A stretch of 32,000 nt of DNA from Ktedonobacterales bacterium. GTDB lineage: Bacteria > Chloroflexota > Ktedonobacteria > Ktedonobacterales > JADMIN01. The DNA lies in assembly GCA_030167145.1 (NCBI GenBank), contig CP126532.1, positions 2,850,001 through 2,882,000 on the forward strand, in the 5' to 3' direction. Below the pieces are notes generated by a model, which was not told the origin of the DNA, ran no database searches, and was given only the letters and a program-made list of their open reading frames with translations. Position numbers and translations under genes: made by a program. Shown piece after piece: positions 9,107 through 17,014 of the stretch. Position 1 is the first letter of the stretch. Each line of letters opens with the position of its first letter.

Positions 9107-9847
9107 ATGGATATTTCGGGGAAGGTGGCGCTGATTACGGGGGCGTCGGAGGGGATTGGTCTGGCGACGGCGCGACTGTTTGCCGAGCAGGGGGCGCGGC
9201 TGGCGCTGGCGGCGCGGTCGGCTGAGAGGCTGGAGCGTGTGGCGGCGGATCTGCCGGAGGCGATGGCGGTACCGACGGATATGCGCGATGAGGCAGCAGT
9301 GCGGCGGATGGTGGCGCGGACGCGGGAGCGGTACGGGCGGGTTGACGTGCTGATTAACAATGCGGGGCAGGGGCTGCATGTGCCCATCGAGCAGGTGGAT
9401 CTGGCGCAGTATCGCGCGGTGTTCGAATTGAATGTGGTGGGGGTGATCGCGGCGATGCAGGCGGTGATTCCGGTGATGCGTGAGCAGGGCGGCGGGGTGA
9501 TCGTCAATATCAGTTCGGGCACGTCGAAGATGGTGATTCCGGGGGTTGGGCCGTATGCCTCGACGAAATACGCGCTGAATGCGATCACGCTGACGGCGCG
9601 ACAGGAATTAGCTGGAGAGCATATTCGCGTGGGGCTGGTGTATCCGGGCATCGCGGGGACGGCGTTTCACGAGCACCTCGCAAATCTGGCGGATGGCGGG
9701 ACGTGGGGTGGTCCGCGCAGCAGGGCGGGCGCGATGCCACCGGATACGGCTGAGTCGGTGGCGGCGAAGATTCTGGAGGCGGTGCAAACTGAGGCGGCGG
9801 AAGTGTATCTGGAGAGCGTGAAGGCGGTGGCGCAGCGTTCGTCATGA
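9107..9847 (+). CDS. Short-chain dehydrogenase/reductase (SDR) family oxidoreductase
   Basis: Has TGASEGIG (TGxxxGxG), NNAG and YASTKYALNA (YxxxK). An RBS precedes the ATG at 9107. Confidence 0.9.
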   Translation: MDISGKVALITGASEGIGLATARLFAEQGARLALAARSAERLERVAADLPEAMAVPTDMRDEAAVRRMVARTRERYGRVDVLINNAGQGLHVPIEQVDLAQYRAVFELNVVGVIAAMQAVIPVMREQGGGVIVNISSGTSKMVIPGVGPYASTKYALNAITLTARQELAGEHIRVGLVYPGIAGTAFHEHLANLADGGTWGGPRSRAGAMPPDTAESVAAKILEAVQTEAAEVYLESVKAVAQRSS

Positions 9848-9920
9848 GTATGCCACCGGCACGAGCGGCAACGGCTACTTGCTGCCGTTCGTGCTGATGG
9901 CTCGCCAGGGTGTAGAGCAG

Positions 9921-10286
9921 CTACAGTGGGCTGCTGACTTCAAAGAGGATGTCATTCAGCGCGGTGAAATAGAAGCCATAGCTGTCTCTGATGTTTCGCG
10001 GCTCGTGGGCAATCTGCGCGTTGGCTGCGGTGAGACGATGATATGCCTGATCCACCTGATCGCGTGTTTCGACGATGAATCCAACGTGGAAGCCTTGTGG
10101 ATATGGGCGCACGTCATTGCCAAATGCGAGGAGGTTGCTCAGAACGAGCGTGAAGCCATGTCCATCGGTCATGATGAGGATGGCTTCGCCCTTCTGCTCC
10201 AGAAGCTGGAAATCGAAGGAGTTCTGGAAGAGCGCGCGTGCTGCGCTGAGGTCGTCCACGCAGAGATTGAGGTGATTGAATCGCAT
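9921..10286 (-). CDS. VOC / glyoxalase-bleomycin resistance family protein
   Basis: MRFNHLNLCVDDL...GFHVGF is the VOC pattern. GAGGAGAA RBS upstream of the ATG at 10286. Confidence 0.8.
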   Translation of the reverse strand: MRFNHLNLCVDDLSAARALFQNSFDFQLLEQKGEAILIMTDGHGFTLVLSNLLAFGNDVRPYPQGFHVGFIVETRDQVDQAYHRLTAANAQIAHEPRNIRDSYGFYFTALNDILFEVSSPL

Positions 10287-10420
10287 AGGGTTCTCCTCAG
10301 TTGGGAGGTCCAATGCGATGGGGCGTTGCGGTGGCACATACGCATCAGACCTCGACGTATCAGCAGATGAAGTGCATCTGCTGTTGTCGTGGGTCCTCGC
10401 GCTGATGCGCCGGACAGTTG

Positions 10421-10469
10421 CCCTCAGTGCGCTGAGGGTGATCGGGCTACCTACCGATCCTGCCTTTTT
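10421..10469 (+). terminator. Orphan plus-strand double hairpin followed by a T-run
   Basis: CCCTCAG-tgcg-CTGAGGG (10421-10438), then GATCGG-gctaccta-CCGATC (10440-10459), then CTGCCTTTTT. There is no plus-strand gene upstream. Confidence 0.35.
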
Positions 10470-10555
10470 GACGCTGGCAGCATATCACATCCGCGACCCG
10501 TCTGGTGAACAGTTGTCTCTTCGATTCGTATCGCTATGAATTTTTTGTGAGGCTC

Positions 10556-10585
10556 TTGACAGATAGAACATTTGTTCAGTATACT
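10556..10585 (+). promoter_or_regulatory. Sigma70-like promoter, cassette copy A
   Basis: TTGACA (10556-10561), 18-nt spacer, TATACT (10580-10585). Confidence 0.6.
10566..10577. promoter_or_regulatory. Perfect GAAC-N4-GTTC palindrome (Cheo/LexA-box-like) inside the promoter A spacer
   Basis: GAACATTTGTTC. It is the only perfect N4-spaced GAAC/GTTC palindrome I found in the window. Confidence 0.5.
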
Positions 10586-10650
10586 CGTAGCGTCGGACGT
10601 TGAAGATGGAGTGCGAGATTCCGTAGCGCGTCTGGACAGATGTGTTTTTG

Positions 10651-10680
10651 GGCGGTGAGTCCGAGTAGGACGCCGCTCTC
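10651..10680 (+). promoter_or_regulatory. Conserved leader motif, copy A
   Basis: GGCGGTGAG-tccgagtag-GACGCCGCTCTC. Compare 21060-21089 and 27126-27154. Confidence 0.6.
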
Positions 10681-10723
10681 TCCCGTGGAAGGCCGCGGGC
10701 AGAGAGCGGCGTTTTGCTTTTTT
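10671..10723 (+). terminator. Intrinsic terminator within the leader, upstream of the protease RBS
   Basis: CGCCGCTCTCTCCCG (10671-10685) pairs with CGGG-c-AGAGAGCGGCG (10696-10711), followed by TTTTGCTTTTTT (10712-10723). Confidence 0.75.
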
Positions 10724-10759
10724 GAGGGGACTCGCAGATGCGGGAGGGAGTGAGACAAG

Positions 10760-12253
10760 ATGGCGAGGAGAAGCGCGGCAGCGGTTGCGGGGAACGTGGG
10801 AAGCGCCGAAGTGGAACTCGAAGCGCGTGTGGAGGTGGCGGCGGGGATGGCGGGTGATGGCGTGGCGCGGGTGGGCTATGCGCCCATCGTGCGGGTGGAT
10901 GCGCCGCGTCGCGAGGTGGAGTTGTGCGCGACGAGTGAGGCGGTGGATTCGTATGGGACCGTCTTTGATTACGCGGCGAGCAAAGAGGCGTTCACACGGT
11001 GGCTGGGGAATGTGCGTGAGATGCACGACCGGCGCGCGGTGGGGCGACGGGTGGCGGTGCGCTGCGACGATGAGGCGCGGCGGATCTTCGTGCGGGTGCG
11101 GATCTCGGCGGGTGCGCGCGATACGTGGGAGAAGATTGCGGATGGGACGCTGCGCGGGGCGAGCATCGGCGCGAGTGATGTGGTGTGGGAGCGGCAGACG
11201 CGGCGGATTGGCGGGCAGGAGCGCACGTTGAACGTGGCGACGCGCTATGAGTTGGTCGAGTTGAGCCTGGTGGATAACCCGAGTAATCCCGATGCGCTGG
11301 GCATTACGATTGTGCGTGCGGCGACGCCTGATCCGGCGCTGTTGGATGCGCTGGATGCGGATGGGGCGATGGCGGAAGATGCGGCTGATTATGGGTACAC
11401 GCCGTGCGCCCCTACGGTGGCCGGTGGGGAGGGCAGGGATGCTGGCGCAGTGGCAAGGGTGTCTGCCCCACCGCGCGTGGGTGATGTGGGAACGAGCGCG
11501 CAGACAGGAATGTCCGCGCTACCGCAGACAGGGATGGTTGCGCGAGCAGAGGAGGAGATGGTTGGACGGATAGAGGAGGAGCGAGCGCTGGGGCCGTTCA
11601 GCGCGAATGCGGAGGGGCAGCCGGATATGGGGGTGCCCGCGCGGGCAGAGGAGCGGCCAACGAGCGCGTTGGAGAAGGGCGCACGCCATGCGCCCCTACT
11701 GATGCCGGATGGCAATGCGCGCGAACGGTTTCATGCGGCGGCGCGGAGCATCTTGCTGGGGTGCGGGTGCCCGCTCTGCGCGGGGGCTATCGCGGCGCTG
11801 GGCGAGGACGGTGAGGATGGCGGCGAGCGGTCGCAGGAAATGCGTGACGGCGGAGCGGCGGCGGTGACGGGATTGCGCGAAGCGGCGCTGGCACGGGCGC
11901 TGGCGGCGGGGCTGGGCGCGAGTGTGGCGCAGATGGCGCAGATGGATGCGAGCGTGCGGGCGCTGGATGGCCGGGTAGCGGGGGCGCTGGATGCGCTGAC
12001 GGGGACGCTGGGCGATCTGCGGATGCGGGTCGAGCAGATCGAGGCGCAGCCGATGCCGGGGGGTCCGGTGGCGCGTCCGGTTCCGGTGGAGAAGGTTGCG
12101 GCGCTGTCGGCGGGGTATGCGGCGGCGGGTGGTGAGGTGAGCGCAGCGGAGCAGTTTCGCGCGCTGGAGTCGCTGGCGGGGCGGCTGAGTGACCCGCAGG
12201 CGCAGATTGCGGTGGCGGCGGAGTTGATCCGGCTGCGGCAGGCGGGGCGGTAG
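10760..12253 (+). CDS. HK97-family prohead protease (S78/U35-like) fused to a long C-terminal scaffold-like region
   Basis: The N-terminal ~200 aa fit the prohead protease pattern: VELCATSEAVDSYGTVFDYAA..., MHD, GASIGAS and ELSLVDNPSNPDA. The C-terminal ~300 aa are Ala/Glu/Arg-rich and helical in character. GGGAGGGAG RBS 9 nt upstream. Confidence 0.85.
   Translation: MARRSAAAVAGNVGSAEVELEARVEVAAGMAGDGVARVGYAPIVRVDAPRREVELCATSEAVDSYGTVFDYAASKEAFTRWLGNVREMHDRRAVGRRVAVRCDDEARRIFVRVRISAGARDTWEKIADGTLRGASIGASDVVWERQTRRIGGQERTLNVATRYELVELSLVDNPSNPDALGITIVRAATPDPALLDALDADGAMAEDAADYGYTPCAPTVAGGEGRDAGAVARVSAPPRVGDVGTSAQTGMSALPQTGMVARAEEEMVGRIEEERALGPFSANAEGQPDMGVPARAEERPTSALEKGARHAPLLMPDGNARERFHAAARSILLGCGCPLCAGAIAALGEDGEDGGERSQEMRDGGAAAVTGLREAALARALAAGLGASVAQMAQMDASVRALDGRVAGALDALTGTLGDLRMRVEQIEAQPMPGGPVARPVPVEKVAALSAGYAAAGGEVSAAEQFRALESLAGRLSDPQAQIAVAAELIRLRQAGR
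11671..11699. repeat. REP-like hairpin element lying in-frame inside the protease-scaffold CDS
   Basis: GGAGAAGGGCGCACGCCATGCGCCCCTAC with hairpin GGGCGCA/TGCGCCC. It is translated as EKGARHAPL. A near-identical copy (2 mismatches in 23 nt) is intergenic at 12335-12357. Confidence 0.6.
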
Positions 12254-12257
12254 GGGA

Positions 12258-12401
12258 ACCTCTCCCCCGGCCCCTCTCCTACAAGGCGAGGGGAGAAGAA
12301 CGGACGCCCCTACGAGCGCCACATGGTCGCTAGAGGGCGCACGCCATGCACACCTACGAACGCTGCGCGCTGCTCCGACGAGGAGAGGGGAGAGCAGAGG
12401 G
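12258..12401. repeat. Cluster of REP-like GC-rich elements between the protease and capsid genes
   Basis: Contains ACCTCTCCCCCGGCCCCTCTCCTACAAGGCGAGGGGAGAAGAA, GGACGCCCCTACGAG, GGGCGCACGCCATGCACACCTAC and CGACGAGGAGAGGGGAGAGCAGAGG. Confidence 0.7.
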
Positions 12402-12655
12402 TCGCGACGCGCGCGAGGGGCGCCATGTTCGGCGGATGGGCGATTCAGGCATCACCCCTACAGATGGGTTCGACGACGTTTTCAGGCATTGCCACGGCAG
12501 ATTGTTTTCGCGATGTTTCGGCAAGTTGGCAAGCGAAAGGAGCGTGCGAAGGGATATACGGCACGAGCGAGCGATTTCACGCGATGGACGCAGGTGTGGC
12601 TGACAAGCAGCTACGCATCATGCACGAGTGTGTGTTGGAAGGAAGAGCAGAGGTT

Positions 12656-14176
12656 ATGGGAACGAGTCTGTACACGCCGGGGCCAGTTGGCCCGACGATT
12701 TCGGATGAGACGGTGGCGCTGGTGCGCCAGGCGATTGCGGAGACGACACGGGCAATCACGACGACGAGCGGACTGCTCGGCTATGAATTGGAGACGCCGG
12801 CGAAGGTGATCGTGCCGGTGATCACGCCGCTGGTGAATATGCTGCCCCGGCGCAAGGGACGTGGCGTGGACGTGGTGCATTGGAAGGCGATCACGTCGTT
12901 CGATACGGCGCGGAACTGGGGCACGCTGGCCGATGGCGGCACGCCGCAGAGTGTGACGTATGCGGTGGCGCAGTTGCAGAACACGCTGCAAACCATCTCG
13001 CTGATGAACTCGGTGAGCTTTCAGGCGCAGTGGCGTGGGCGTTCGCTGGAGGCGGATGTGCGAGCGCGGCGCGTGGCGGAGTTGCTCTATCAGCTCAAGA
13101 TGACGGAGGAACGCTGGATTCTGGGGGCGAGCGCGTATCTGATGACGCCGCCCGCGCCGGTGCTGGCGACGGCGACGACCGGCGGCACGGTGGCGGCGGG
13201 GACGTACTGGGTGGCGGTGACGGCGAAGAACGCGCAGGGCGAGACGCTCGGCTCGACCTTTGCGAAGATCGTGACGACGGGCAGCACCAGCACGGTGACG
13301 ATCACGATTTTCACTGTGCCGAACGCGACGCAGTACAACGTGTACATCGGCAGCGGTGGGAGCCAGCCCGCGGCGAGCGCGATGTGGCTGCAAGCGGGCA
13401 TTTCGGGGGCGAACGCGGCGCAGCCGAACGTGGGCGCGAGTGTGACGCTGGCGGATGGCGCGACGGTGATGCCGTCGGGCGAGGTGAACCCGGCGTATCT
13501 GACGGTGACGCTGAGCGCGCCACCGGCGACGAGTGGCACGGCGCTCTCGACAGTAGCGGCGAACACGGCCAAGACATTCGTGGACGGCTCGAACAATGTG
13601 CTGATGTGGGACGGGCTGATCGCGCAGGCGCTGAACAACGCGACGACGGCGAATGGCGCGACGCTGGGGGCGCAGGTGACGCAGCCAGCAGACCCAACTG
13701 GCAAACTGGCGCTGTCGGATATTGATAATCTGCTGGCGGGCATGTATTTGCAGGCGGCAGGCGACCCGGACTACATTGTGATGAATCCGCTAGACAACGT
13801 GCGGCTGACGAATCTGGTGGTGGGCGCGGGGCAACTGCGCTATGTGGTGCAGGCGGGGGATAGCGCGGACCAGGGGCAGCTCACGGCGCAGTACCGGGTG
13901 ACGCGGTATCTGAACAAGAGCACGGGCAAAGAGATGCCGATCATCCTGGATCGCTATTGCCCTCAGGGGTGCATCGTGTTCTTGCCGGTCTCGATTCCGT
14001 TCCCGGTGCCGGAGATCAGCACGGCGGTGGAGCTGGAGACGAACCAGGAATACTGGGGCGTGGACTTCGCGATCACCGACAGCAACTTCAAGTTCGCGGA
14101 CTTCGTGGAAGAGACGCTGAAGGTGTATTTCCTGGGTGGATTGGGGGTGATTCGCGGGATCTATCCGAGCTTCTAA
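12656..14176 (+). CDS. Phage major capsid protein (probably HK97 fold) with a large internal insertion domain
   Basis: Sits directly after the prohead protease. The N-terminal pattern GYELETPAKVIVPVITPLVNMLPRRKG...VHWKAIT and EERWILGAS is capsid-like. GGAAGGAAG..AGAGG RBS before the ATG at 12656. Confidence 0.75.
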   Translation: MGTSLYTPGPVGPTISDETVALVRQAIAETTRAITTTSGLLGYELETPAKVIVPVITPLVNMLPRRKGRGVDVVHWKAITSFDTARNWGTLADGGTPQSVTYAVAQLQNTLQTISLMNSVSFQAQWRGRSLEADVRARRVAELLYQLKMTEERWILGASAYLMTPPAPVLATATTGGTVAAGTYWVAVTAKNAQGETLGSTFAKIVTTGSTSTVTITIFTVPNATQYNVYIGSGGSQPAASAMWLQAGISGANAAQPNVGASVTLADGATVMPSGEVNPAYLTVTLSAPPATSGTALSTVAANTAKTFVDGSNNVLMWDGLIAQALNNATTANGATLGAQVTQPADPTGKLALSDIDNLLAGMYLQAAGDPDYIVMNPLDNVRLTNLVVGAGQLRYVVQAGDSADQGQLTAQYRVTRYLNKSTGKEMPIILDRYCPQGCIVFLPVSIPFPVPEISTAVELETNQEYWGVDFAITDSNFKFADFVEETLKVYFLGGLGVIRGIYPSF

Positions 14177-14316
14177 CCTCTCCCCCAGCCCCTCCCCTAC
14201 GAGGAGAGGGGAGAAGGAGAAGTGCGGCTCTTACGAGGAGAGGGGAGAAAAGGAGACCTCACCCAAGGCCCGATGGGCGTCCACCGGACGCCCCTACGAG
14301 GGGAGAAGGAGTGGGG
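14177..14316. repeat. Cluster of REP-like hairpin elements immediately after the capsid stop
   Basis: Contains CCTCTCCCCCAGCCCCTCCCCTACGAGGAGAGGGGAGAAGGAG, CTTACGAGGAGAGGGGAGAAAAGG, and GGGCGTCCACCGGACGCCCCTAC (14275-14297, identical to 24136-24158). Confidence 0.75.
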
Positions 14317-14325
14317 TGGAGTTAG

Positions 14326-14351
14326 ACGGGGCGGGCGGGTGCTCGCCCCGT
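14326..14351. terminator. GC hairpin between convergent genes, possibly a terminator
   Basis: ACGGGGCG-ggcgggtgct-CGCCCCGT followed by TTGCT. The T-tract is weak. Confidence 0.4.
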
Positions 14352-14372
14352 TTGCTACGCGGTATTCGTGGG

Positions 14373-15530
14373 CTAGTTATCGGGAACGGTGATGCGGACG
14401 ATTTGGCCGGAGCCAGGGGGGAAGCCGAAGCCAAAGGTCGAGACGTAGAGCTTGCCGTCGGGGCCGAAGGCCATCGCGGTGGGGAAGGTGAGACCTGAGG
14501 CAATCGTTTCGACCGCGCCTGAGCGGCTGACGCGCACGACCGCGCCGGTGCCTGGCGTGGGGCCGGGGCCGCTGACGGTGGTGGTTTCGAGTACGTACAT
14601 ATTGTTGTCTTCGTCGAAGGCGAGACCGAGCACGGTGGTGAGGCCAGGGATGAAGACCTTGATGTTCCCGCTCGGCGTGATCTTGAAGATGTTGGAGGAA
14701 CCGGCGACGACCGGGAAGGTGTCCAGGTTGCCGACGAAGAAGTTGCCATGGTAAGCCAGGGCGGTGGGCACGATGTGTCCCTGGCTGGCGGAGATGTCAA
14801 TCACGCGGCTGATGTCGCCGTCTGGGGTGATCTTATCCAGTTCGCCGTGGTTCGGCTCGACGGCGTAGAGATTGCCGCGAACGACGATCAAACTCCACCA
14901 CGTGCCGTCCGGCTCGAAGTCGTCGGGTTCGGGGTTTTTGACGGGGTGGCTCTGCTGGAACGCACTGAGGTTGGCGATCAGCTTCCAGGAGCCGTCGCGA
15001 TTCACCCGAATGATGCCGTTGGGGATGTTGGCGACACCATGTGAGCAGCCCGCGCCAGCCAGAAGGGCGTAGAGCCTGCCGTTGAGGAATGCGATGGCCG
15101 CCACTCCGCTCACCAGGCTGCCAAGCGCCGGACTGGTTTGACTGGAGGGGAGATTGTCGGCAACGGTGGTGCGGACGCCATTCTGGTTGAAGCGGGAGAT
15201 GCGGGCGGTCATGCCGCTGGTGTAGGGGCCGACCGGGGGAATGACCTGGGTACACTGGCCGACGGTGGAAGTGGATCCGCCGGTGCCGCCTTCGGCGACG
15301 TAGAGGTTGCCATCGGGGCCGAAGGTGAGGCCACGAGGGTTGTTCAGGCCGGTGGCGAAGACGGTGATGCGGGCGGTGTGGGCGCTGGTGGCGTGGGCCT
15401 GCTGTGGCGCGATGACGGAGGCGAGGGTGGTGACGAGGAGTAGCGCGCCCGCTATCCCCAGAAATATCCGCGAGCGTTGAGCAGGCGGAGAGAGTCGAAG
15501 GCGCTGATGGAAGATGGTAGCAACGGACAT
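14373..15530 (-). CDS. Secreted NHL/ScyD-ScyE-like beta-propeller protein
   Basis: N-terminal signal/TM segment. Motifs GLNNPRGLTFGPDGNLYVAEGGTGG, LAFDEDNNMYV and MAFGPDGKLYV are typical of NHL-type propellers. Confidence 0.7.
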   Translation of the reverse strand: MSVATIFHQRLRLSPPAQRSRIFLGIAGALLLVTTLASVIAPQQAHATSAHTARITVFATGLNNPRGLTFGPDGNLYVAEGGTGGSTSTVGQCTQVIPPVGPYTSGMTARISRFNQNGVRTTVADNLPSSQTSPALGSLVSGVAAIAFLNGRLYALLAGAGCSHGVANIPNGIIRVNRDGSWKLIANLSAFQQSHPVKNPEPDDFEPDGTWWSLIVVRGNLYAVEPNHGELDKITPDGDISRVIDISASQGHIVPTALAYHGNFFVGNLDTFPVVAGSSNIFKITPSGNIKVFIPGLTTVLGLAFDEDNNMYVLETTTVSGPGPTPGTGAVVRVSRSGAVETIASGLTFPTAMAFGPDGKLYVSTFGFGFPPGSGQIVRITVPDN

Positions 15531-15933
15531 GGTTCATGCTCCTTCGCATGTGGTGATGACGTGTGGAATCAGACGCGCTGGGCGTCCATGACGTGGGTGA
15601 GGGGGTGCGCCATCGCACAGGTGACGCGCTAAACAGCCATTCGCAGTACACACATCCGCACTACTCGCATATTTCAGCAGAGGTTACTGGTCGCTCTCTA
15701 CCACCCCCTTCATTCATCAGCAGATGCCAGTAGATCTCGTGGCGGCTTCGCGCCGCATCGAGTATGTATTGTTCAGCTTGCTCGGCTTTTTCGGAGCGCT
15801 TACTGCAATTCTTATGCCAGCAATGCTCATATCATGATAGAGTAAGACAGGCGGGCGCATAGAAAAGAGCGCCCTGGGGAACCGCATATGAGACGGTTGC
15901 CAGGGCGCTGGGTAGATGCGAGATGGGGCGAAA

Positions 15934-16602
15934 CTAGGGTGCGGGTGGTTGGGGTTGGGCGCCCATGGGTGGCATCGTCATGGGTTTGTATTGGTCCACG
16001 ATGGGGAGTTCGTAGGCCTCGCGGACCGGCGGGGCGACGGCGAACGGGACGACTTTGGTCAGGTTGCGCGCAAGGTTGCCGCTGGCCTCGCTTGCCGTCA
16101 GAGCGGCCATGGTTTCCCACAGGCTAATCCCGATGCCCTTGCCGCTGGCGCGATCAACAAGGAGCAGCGCGCCGGTGAAGCCCTTCTGTTGCCGGACATC
16201 AGGAAAGATGGAATCGCGAACGGTACGGATGGCTTCGTCTATCTTGTTCAACTGATACTGGCCGGTGAGCAGGCGAGCGATGGGCGCAGCGCCGCTCTTT
16301 GGCATCAGCGGCTCGTACACAGCGACCTCGCAGGTTTCGCGCACGGGTGGGGCCGCGAGCAATGGGGTGATCTTGGCGACTTGCTGCTGGTAATAGCCGG
16401 TGGTCTCACTGGCGCGCAGGTCGGCTTCGGTCTCCCAGAGGGAGATGGCAATGCCTTTGCCGCTGGCGCGGTCAATCAAGCCGAAGAGATGGGTACAGCC
16501 TTGTTGTTGGCGGGCCGCTGGCGAGATGCTATCGCGGATGACGCGGACGCCGTCGTCAATCTTGCCGGGCTGATACTGGACGGTGGTCAGTCGTGCGTGC
16601 AT
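15934..16602 (-). CDS. Tandem ABM/Dabb-like (ferredoxin-fold) domain protein
   Basis: Two internally repeated ~100-aa halves (IDRASGKGIAISLWETEADL and VDRASGKGIGISLWETMAAL). GAGGAG RBS before the ATG at 16602. The upstream part of ORF 15934..17088 looks non-coding. Confidence 0.6.
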   Translation of the reverse strand: MHARLTTVQYQPGKIDDGVRVIRDSISPAARQQQGCTHLFGLIDRASGKGIAISLWETEADLRASETTGYYQQQVAKITPLLAAPPVRETCEVAVYEPLMPKSGAAPIARLLTGQYQLNKIDEAIRTVRDSIFPDVRQQKGFTGALLLVDRASGKGIGISLWETMAALTASEASGNLARNLTKVVPFAVAPPVREAYELPIVDQYKPMTMPPMGAQPQPPAP

Positions 16603-17014
16603 GGTGGTCTCCTCGTTGGGTAGTTCTTGTTGGTTGGTACTGTGCAGGGCCGACGCGCGCCCTGGACGCTTCGTTTGCGTTCCATGCGCGGGGACGTGCG
16701 TGGGGAGGCCGCACGACTCATGCCACCATGCTTTTATGTCATGGGGTGATGTATGGATATGTCGCGATGCCCAGGTGCGTGTTGGGACGCCGATGAGATT
16801 ATTCGTAGTCCTCGCAGCGTGAATGCTGCGGGTAATCCCGTTTTCGGGGTGGATGATGGCTACGCCAACGACGCAACAGAGGGTGGTACGACTACTTTGA
16901 AGGTAGCTGCCAATATCATTGAACTGGTGTGGCTGTTGTTGTGAATTGCTATGGCTAGCGTATAGAGTATTGGGGAAGAATAGTGTGTCTCGGTGGACCA
17001 TATGAGGCGGGAGT

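Noticed and set aside
12323-12655. The N-terminal 111-codon extension of the capsid ORF as given in the ORF track (start at 12323).
   Set aside because: The extension is composed largely of the REP-like repeat elements and has no RBS. The internal ATG at 12656 has a good GGAAGGAAG/AGAGG RBS and begins the capsid-like sequence.
10760-14176. An encapsulin nanocompartment operon (HK97-fold shell plus cargo).
   Set aside because: The upstream gene has prohead-protease motifs plus a scaffold-like tail rather than a cargo enzyme. The shell protein is 506 aa, and connector and head-closure-like genes occur downstream.
15540-15933. A possible gene or pseudogene in the AT-richer gap. One reading frame gives ..KAEQAEQYILDAARSRHEIYWHLLMNEGG.. 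on the minus strand.
   Set aside because: That frame has a stop immediately upstream with no usable start, and the alternative ATG frame gives only 37 aa without an RBS. At most it is an unverifiable remnant.
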